NCBI GenBank assembly: GCA_026416125.1
Contig: JAOAFT010000007.1
Coordinates: 27,468 to 91,467 of the forward strand
Length of the DNA: 64,000 nucleotides
Origin: Bacteroidota bacterium
GTDB lineage: Bacteria; Bacteroidota; Ignavibacteria; UBA10030
Direction of reading: 5' to 3'
In this document: in pieces, positions 58,608-64,000 of the stretch
Numbering within the stretch: the stretch's first letter is position 1
How the letters are laid out: every line of letters starts with the position of its first letter
Position numbers and translations under genes: made by a program
Notes under the pieces: generated by a model
Database searches by the model: none
Told to the model about the DNA's origin: nothing
The model's input: only the letters and a program-made list of their open reading frames with translations

Positions 58608-60809
58608 ATGAAGAAAGTAAGCTGCTCATTTGGATGGACACTAATGGTAGCAATTGCACTTTGGATGGTTGCTAGCGTACAACTGATCGAGGCACAGGTA
58701 CAAGGTCATCAAGAAATTCGTTGGATGCGGGTGAGCTCGTTGCACCACTGGTTTTCAAATGGTGTAGTAGAAATTGAATACGGCCGACGCAGTCGGAGCC
58801 AATTAACAACCGATCAACTTGATGGGTTGAATTGGCCTGGGGAATACACACTCAATAAGGGTGTTAATGTCGGAAAGTCATTGTGGATTGGGACAACGAA
58901 TTTCAAAGACCCTGTTACGAATCAAACATATCCCTACAAGGTTGTATCGTTAGGGAGGCTCAATTTATACATTGACTCAGATGTATTTCCTGTTGAATTC
59001 AAACTTATAGGGAAGTTTCCGCATCCTAGTGTTATCGTCGATGGGGTAAAAGCGACGGAACGTGATATCGATGATGTTGTGGATGAATACAATCCCAATT
59101 TGCCATGCGATCGCATGATCTACAATCGAGCCCACACGTCAATAGGCATTACAATTACTCGACGGGTCTATGCCTTTACACAGCAATATCATGATAATTA
59201 CTTCATCTATGAGTATGAATTTGTAAATACAGGAATTATTGATAACAAAGGTACAAAGATGAATCCGCACCCAACCCTTACGGGTGTTGTGTTCCATTGG
59301 CAACATCGGTATGGTTTTGCAGGTGAGTCGTATCAAGACCAGCCACCATGGGCACCAACAGGTGCGAGTTGGGGATTAAATACCATCAATGATGCTGTAG
59401 GGCAAGACCCTTCACACACACTCCCACCACCGAATAACTTTCGAGCTGTTTTGTCATACTATGGTCCAGTATCGACTGAAGGAACAGTAGATGAAGATAT
59501 TGGACGACCCAATCCTTACAATGGAAAGACAATGGCAGGTACATGTTTTGCTGGTGTTGTTGTTCTCCATGCAGATAAAAGCAGCACGGATCACTCAGAT
59601 GATCCAAAACAACCAACAACAACGCGTTTTATGGGATCAGATAAGGACGCACAAACAGTAAATCAATACGATGCAGCTCTCATGACACTGAAATATCAAT
59701 ATATGACAGCCGGGCACCCAACTCAAACTCACGCTGAGCAGATTGGAAAGAACCAGTGGGGATGGCCTACAGGATTTGCAAATACCTGGGGTGGTGATCC
59801 TGGTGGGTATGCAGCCGCGCAGGGGTTTGGTCCATACACAATGGCTCCGAATGATACAATCCGCATTATTTTTGCTGAAGGTGTTGCTGGAATTATGAAT
59901 GATCGGGCCTTGGTTAATGAAATTGCTCAGAGTTGGTTCAAAAAAACTCCACCCCGTGGACTTAATGCGTACCCATTACCACCGAACGCACCAACTCCAA
60001 CAACAACGGATAGAAATGAATACAAGAATTGGTGGGTTTTTACTGGCAAAGATTCTCTTTTTCAAACATTTAGGCGGGCAATCGAAAATTTTAAATCAGG
60101 CTATTCAATACCACAACCACCACCCCCACCAAGTAAGTTCATGGTGCAATCTGGTGGGAAGCAAATAACGTTAACGTGGGAGGGACCAGAAGCTGAAGCA
60201 CATCCGAATTTTGATGGCTATGAAGTATATCGATCAGAGGGAAGAACTGATACAACATTTTCAAAAATCTTTTCATGTAACAAGAGTAATCTTACGCATA
60301 CCTTTGTTGATCGTACGGCACGCCGCGGGTTTAATTATTACTACTACATTGTTTCCAAAGATGATGGAACAAGGAACACAGTTCAACCAGGTGTACCGTT
60401 AGTCAGTAGTAAGTTTTATACGATGACGAATACACCAGCATACCTTACACGTCTCCCTGGTGAGCGCCTTTCCGATATTCGTATTGTACCGAACCCATGG
60501 AACATCAGAAGTCGTAGTTTATATTTCGGCCTTGATCCAACATCACAGGATCGTTTGGTTTTCTACGAATTACCACCATACTGTGTTATTCGCATCTACA
60601 CAGAAACAGGTGATTTAATAGAAACTATTAACCACACTGATGGGAGTGGTGTTGAATTCTGGCATTCCTTAACATCGTCGCGTCAGGTTGTTGTGAGTGG
60701 TGTTTACATCGCATATATCGAAGTAACAAGTGATTACTACAATGACCAAGGAGAATTGGTGTTTAAAAAAGGAGATAACGTCTTTAAGAAATTTATCATC
60801 ATACGATAA
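58608..60809 (+). CDS. Secreted protein with FN3-like domain and T9SS-like C-terminal domain
   Basis: Signal peptide; PQPPPPP linker, ITLTW...FDGYEVYR...YYYYIV; IRIVPNP...IRIYTETGDLI...SGVYI...KKFIIIR. Confidence 0.78.
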   Translation: MKKVSCSFGWTLMVAIALWMVASVQLIEAQVQGHQEIRWMRVSSLHHWFSNGVVEIEYGRRSRSQLTTDQLDGLNWPGEYTLNKGVNVGKSLWIGTTNFKDPVTNQTYPYKVVSLGRLNLYIDSDVFPVEFKLIGKFPHPSVIVDGVKATERDIDDVVDEYNPNLPCDRMIYNRAHTSIGITITRRVYAFTQQYHDNYFIYEYEFVNTGIIDNKGTKMNPHPTLTGVVFHWQHRYGFAGESYQDQPPWAPTGASWGLNTINDAVGQDPSHTLPPPNNFRAVLSYYGPVSTEGTVDEDIGRPNPYNGKTMAGTCFAGVVVLHADKSSTDHSDDPKQPTTTRFMGSDKDAQTVNQYDAALMTLKYQYMTAGHPTQTHAEQIGKNQWGWPTGFANTWGGDPGGYAAAQGFGPYTMAPNDTIRIIFAEGVAGIMNDRALVNEIAQSWFKKTPPRGLNAYPLPPNAPTPTTTDRNEYKNWWVFTGKDSLFQTFRRAIENFKSGYSIPQPPPPPSKFMVQSGGKQITLTWEGPEAEAHPNFDGYEVYRSEGRTDTTFSKIFSCNKSNLTHTFVDRTARRGFNYYYYIVSKDDGTRNTVQPGVPLVSSKFYTMTNTPAYLTRLPGERLSDIRIVPNPWNIRSRSLYFGLDPTSQDRLVFYELPPYCVIRIYTETGDLIETINHTDGSGVEFWHSLTSSRQVVVSGVYIAYIEVTSDYYNDQGELVFKKGDNVFKKFIIIR

Positions 60810-60820
60810 CGGGAGGAGTA

Positions 60821-61582
60821 GTGAGAATGGATACGAAAACAATGAAGTCATTGATGCTACTGTGTTTATGTGTAGGTATTATAGTAGGGATAACGATTGG
60901 TTGCGATATGATAATTCCCGAAGAATTTAAAGAAAAGATCTACAGTAGTCCTGCTGAAGAGCAATACATTTGTTCTCTGTTTATGAAACCGATTACCACC
61001 ACTGCTTCTCCACGTCAGGTGAGTGATTCAACAGTATATCTTGTCTCAGGCAGAGCACTCTCAAGTTTTGCGTTCATACCTCAGCAGGAGCTAGATACGA
61101 TGACCGATAATAAACTATTGAAAAAGTACTATACACAAATTGTCGATAGTCTTCCAAATATTCCTAAAAATTCTCTTGTATTTTTTGAGTACGCAAAACG
61201 CCCAGCTGATGCTCCTAAAACGATCTACGCAAAACTTGTTGTTCCAACACAAGCAACATACACAATCTATGTTAGTTTGGAATTTTATTTCACGAGTACA
61301 ACATCCAACCTTGGTGAAAATGTTCTTCCTGAAGTTCTTCGGAGTGATACATCTTCGATACCGCTGAAAGATGTGATTACAAATGAACAACTCTCAGCAT
61401 GTTCGCAGACAGTCACAGGTGCAGGTACAACGACCCGCGTACTTACCATAAAAGGTCGCTATGAAGCAACACTCGATCAAGGTACATACGTTGTACGCTT
61501 CACATTAACAAAACCTGAAGAGATGGTAAACCCGACAACGAGAGGGTTGTTCTATTTCAAACTCTACATTCGTTCAAAATGA
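60821..61582 (+). CDS. Hypothetical lipoprotein
   Basis: Lipobox TIGC; GGGAGG RBS; beta-rich C-terminal half. Confidence 0.65.
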   Translation: MRMDTKTMKSLMLLCLCVGIIVGITIGCDMIIPEEFKEKIYSSPAEEQYICSLFMKPITTTASPRQVSDSTVYLVSGRALSSFAFIPQQELDTMTDNKLLKKYYTQIVDSLPNIPKNSLVFFEYAKRPADAPKTIYAKLVVPTQATYTIYVSLEFYFTSTTSNLGENVLPEVLRSDTSSIPLKDVITNEQLSACSQTVTGAGTTTRVLTIKGRYEATLDQGTYVVRFTLTKPEEMVNPTTRGLFYFKLYIRSK

Positions 61583-61605
61583 ATAATGGAAAGGAGTAGC
61601 AAACA

Positions 61606-62619
61606 GTGAAACAGAGACAACGACGATTGTGGTTGTGCTTGGGGGTAGTAGTTTTTGTTAATATTCAGTGTATGCAAGCACAAGTTAAATGGGCACAAAC
61701 AGGGTTTAACTTCTTAAGTGTGTCTTCTGATGCACGCGCTGGAGGAATGGGTGAAGCAGTTACGTCACTGGGGGGCTACCGTGGTGCACTTTTCCATAAT
61801 CCAGCAACGATGGCAGAAATGGATGCTTTTCTAAATGCTTCGGTGAGTATGAACTCATGGATTGCGGATATCAGACATATTACAGCAAGCATTCTCCTTG
61901 CACCATTCGCAGGAAATTACGGTGTTGTTGGGGTCAGTTTTCAGAGTGTTGATTATGGTGAGATTGAAGGGACTATGAGATTTGATAACCCCAAGGGGTA
62001 CATCAATACAGAAATTCTCAAACCCTCAGCGTTAGCGGTGGGTTTCGGATATGCGAAGATGATTTCCGATAGATTCAGTGTTGGAGGGCAAGTAAAATTC
62101 GCTTACCAATCTCTAGGGAAAAGCATTGTTCCACACGATGATGGTTTCATTACAAAACGAAACGTCGCAAAAGGTATTGCGTTTGATTTTGGCACATTAT
62201 TTAAAACAGGGGTAAAGAGTTTAGCATTTGGCATGTCGATCCGTAACTACTCAAAAGAGGTAAAGTATGAAATAGAAGGGTTTCAGTTACCTCTCAATTT
62301 CATTGTTGGTATCTCAGCGAATATTCTCGATTTCTTTACACAGAGTGAAAATCATTCACTTGTTGTAGCAATTGATGCAACCCATCCACGCTCACACCCT
62401 GAGCAATTGAAGTTTGGAGCAGAGTACACGGTGCTAAAAGCCTTTGCGTTTCGTTGTGGGTATGTAACAAATAATAGTGAGGATAATATAACCTTTGGTG
62501 TCGGTGTTTCTACTCGTGGGTTAGGACTTGGTATGGCGAATATTGAGTGCGACTACTCGTATACGCCGTTTGGTGTATTTAATAATGTGCAACGCTTAAC
62601 CGTACGTATTGAACTATAA
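61606..62619 (+). CDS. PorV/PorQ-family outer-membrane barrel
   Basis: FLSVSSDARAGGMGEA, ALFHNPATMA, AFDFGTLF, LPLNFIVG, GAEY, FGVG, DYSY. Confidence 0.88.
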   Translation: MKQRQRRLWLCLGVVVFVNIQCMQAQVKWAQTGFNFLSVSSDARAGGMGEAVTSLGGYRGALFHNPATMAEMDAFLNASVSMNSWIADIRHITASILLAPFAGNYGVVGVSFQSVDYGEIEGTMRFDNPKGYINTEILKPSALAVGFGYAKMISDRFSVGGQVKFAYQSLGKSIVPHDDGFITKRNVAKGIAFDFGTLFKTGVKSLAFGMSIRNYSKEVKYEIEGFQLPLNFIVGISANILDFFTQSENHSLVVAIDATHPRSHPEQLKFGAEYTVLKAFAFRCGYVTNNSEDNITFGVGVSTRGLGLGMANIECDYSYTPFGVFNNVQRLTVRIEL

Positions 62620-62649
62620 TCCGTTTCACATTTTACGAATGGTGCAACT

Positions 62650-63930
62650 ATGAATTCAAAATATAAACAATACATTTATGAACTTGGTATACTTCTTGTT
62701 TTGTTTTTGAATGGATGTGTTGAGTTCAAGGATCCTGGTATAATATATGACGAGAAAGCAACATATCCACCATCACCATCGATTACAGCAATTATCCCAG
62801 CTGATTCTGCGGAAGCCGGGGTACGGGAAATTGAAATTCGAGGGAGTAATTTTTCAACTACGCTGCACAACAATTTTGTGTTCTTCGATAAACGACCAGC
62901 ATACATCAAAAGTGCATTAGTAGACAAACTTATTCTGTATAGACCACCAATATATGGGGATAGTATTACACTTGTGCTCGAAGTAGCTGGTTCTCTCCAA
63001 ATGGTGAAACGAACCTATAAAATTAAACAACCATATGTAGCGTACAGTTCGGATGCTATACGAACGGTGCGGCCAAGTGATCCACTTATGGCTGTTGAAG
63101 TTGATAAAAATGAAGTAGTGTACATTGCAAAATCATACTTCATTTACAAACTGACGTCTGATGAGACCGTTGAAATATTTAAAAGGCATAGTGGGGGTGA
63201 CTTTACGAGAATTTATGATATAAAATTTGGTCCTGGGGGATATCTTTACATTGCAGCAAGTAAAACAAAAATATGGCGCACATTGGGTGAAAATGATACA
63301 AAAGCGTACGAGTATGTTAGTTTACCAAGTAGCGCAGGGGTAGTGGAGAAAATCGAGTTTGATCGTTATGGAAATCTTTTTACAGGTAAAACTCGTGGGA
63401 TTTTTGTTGTGAAGCACAATCGAACAGTTCTCAACACAGGGAAATACAGCACGAATTTTACAATAACAGATCTTAGAATTTATAATGATGAACTTTACGT
63501 GAATGCAACATACACAGGTACTGATGTAGCGATTCCGAAACAAGCGATTTGGAAAAATACGATTTATAGAACAGGTACGCTCGTCGATTCACTTGGAGTG
63601 GGTTCAGTAGTATTTAACATCGGTTCACTACCTAGTTTTACGAATGCAGAAATCACTTCTTTCACATTCGATGTTGATGGAATGTTATATCTTTGTGTGA
63701 AATTTCCATCGAGCCAATTGTATTCATTTTATACTTTAGAAGGTGGGGCGTTAGTACCATTCTACACTGATTACATATTACCCATGAAGATCGATCAAGT
63801 AGTATGGGGTAATGCAACGACGCTCTATCTGAATCGAGGAAGAACGAGTTTCATTTCAGGTGATTCTGCACAGCTCTATCGTGTGCCTACACTGAAACAG
63901 GGTGCTCCTTACTGGGGACGAATATTGTAA
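62650..63930 (+). CDS. IPT/TIG-domain lipoprotein with propeller-like C-terminal part
   Basis: Lipobox LNGC; PSITAIIP...IEIRGSNFS...NFVFF; repeats VDKNEVVY, FGPGGYLY, FDRYGNLF, FDVDGMLY. Confidence 0.8.
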   Translation: MNSKYKQYIYELGILLVLFLNGCVEFKDPGIIYDEKATYPPSPSITAIIPADSAEAGVREIEIRGSNFSTTLHNNFVFFDKRPAYIKSALVDKLILYRPPIYGDSITLVLEVAGSLQMVKRTYKIKQPYVAYSSDAIRTVRPSDPLMAVEVDKNEVVYIAKSYFIYKLTSDETVEIFKRHSGGDFTRIYDIKFGPGGYLYIAASKTKIWRTLGENDTKAYEYVSLPSSAGVVEKIEFDRYGNLFTGKTRGIFVVKHNRTVLNTGKYSTNFTITDLRIYNDELYVNATYTGTDVAIPKQAIWKNTIYRTGTLVDSLGVGSVVFNIGSLPSFTNAEITSFTFDVDGMLYLCVKFPSSQLYSFYTLEGGALVPFYTDYILPMKIDQVVWGNATTLYLNRGRTSFISGDSAQLYRVPTLKQGAPYWGRIL

Positions 63931-64000
63931 AGTAGATGTTGAACATATAGAGGAGGGTCTAATGGCATAAATCGTATGGTTCTTTTACTACTACGTAAAT

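Noticed and set aside
481-63543. Numerous 60-140 aa ORFs antisense or out of frame within long genes
   Set aside because: Shadow ORFs with no motifs or RBS, overlapping well-supported genes
63951-64000. AGGAGG followed by ATG-GCA-TAA, and a possible next gene start at 63976
   Set aside because: Truncated by the window edge; cannot be resolved
1-64000. CRISPR arrays, tRNA/rRNA, IS elements, prophage or anti-phage defence genes
   Set aside because: No spaced direct repeats, cloverleafs, or transposase, integrase, phage or defence-type motifs seen by eye

Overview
A ~40% GC bacterial chromosome segment, most likely from an Ignavibacteria-like member of the Bacteroidota/Chlorobiota group. This placement is inferred from T9SS C-terminal sorting domains, a PorV-family gene, ribosomal protein bS22 and frequent AGGAG/AAGGA Shine-Dalgarno sites. 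Left part (mostly minus strand): a hemerythrin/ScdA-like protein and a LuxR-type regulator upstream of feoA-feoB and an outer-membrane barrel gene; Yip1, DinB, a DUF362-T9SS protein, nrfH-nrfA (nrfA frameshifted and of the CxxCH active-site type), pepF and a DUF6600-like protein. From 14.9 kb on all genes are on the plus strand, largely housekeeping: yhhQ-like transporter, guaA, ABC exporter, LpoA-like lipoprotein, radC, PAS hybrid kinase, RsmB-family methylase, trxB, sppA, HU, bS22, EF-G2, a broken M28 peptidase, gpmI, ybaB-recR, pheA, ftsX, TetR-acylase-cobB-pyk. The last 15 kb is a nutrient-utilisation-like locus: solute-binding protein, atypical histidine kinase and sigma54 activator, then a sigma54 promoter ahead of a Na+/solute symporter, TonB-dependent receptor, T9SS-type cargo, lipoprotein, PorV paralogue and IPT/TIG lipoprotein, with no SusD in the visible part. 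Top leads: (1) this TBDR-cargo-PorV module, (2) a riboswitch-like two-hairpin leader in front of the queuosine-precursor transporter/guaA operon, (3) the hemerythrin-LuxR-controlled feo operon. I saw no tRNA, rRNA, CRISPR array or transposase. All family calls come from motif recognition by eye, not database searches.
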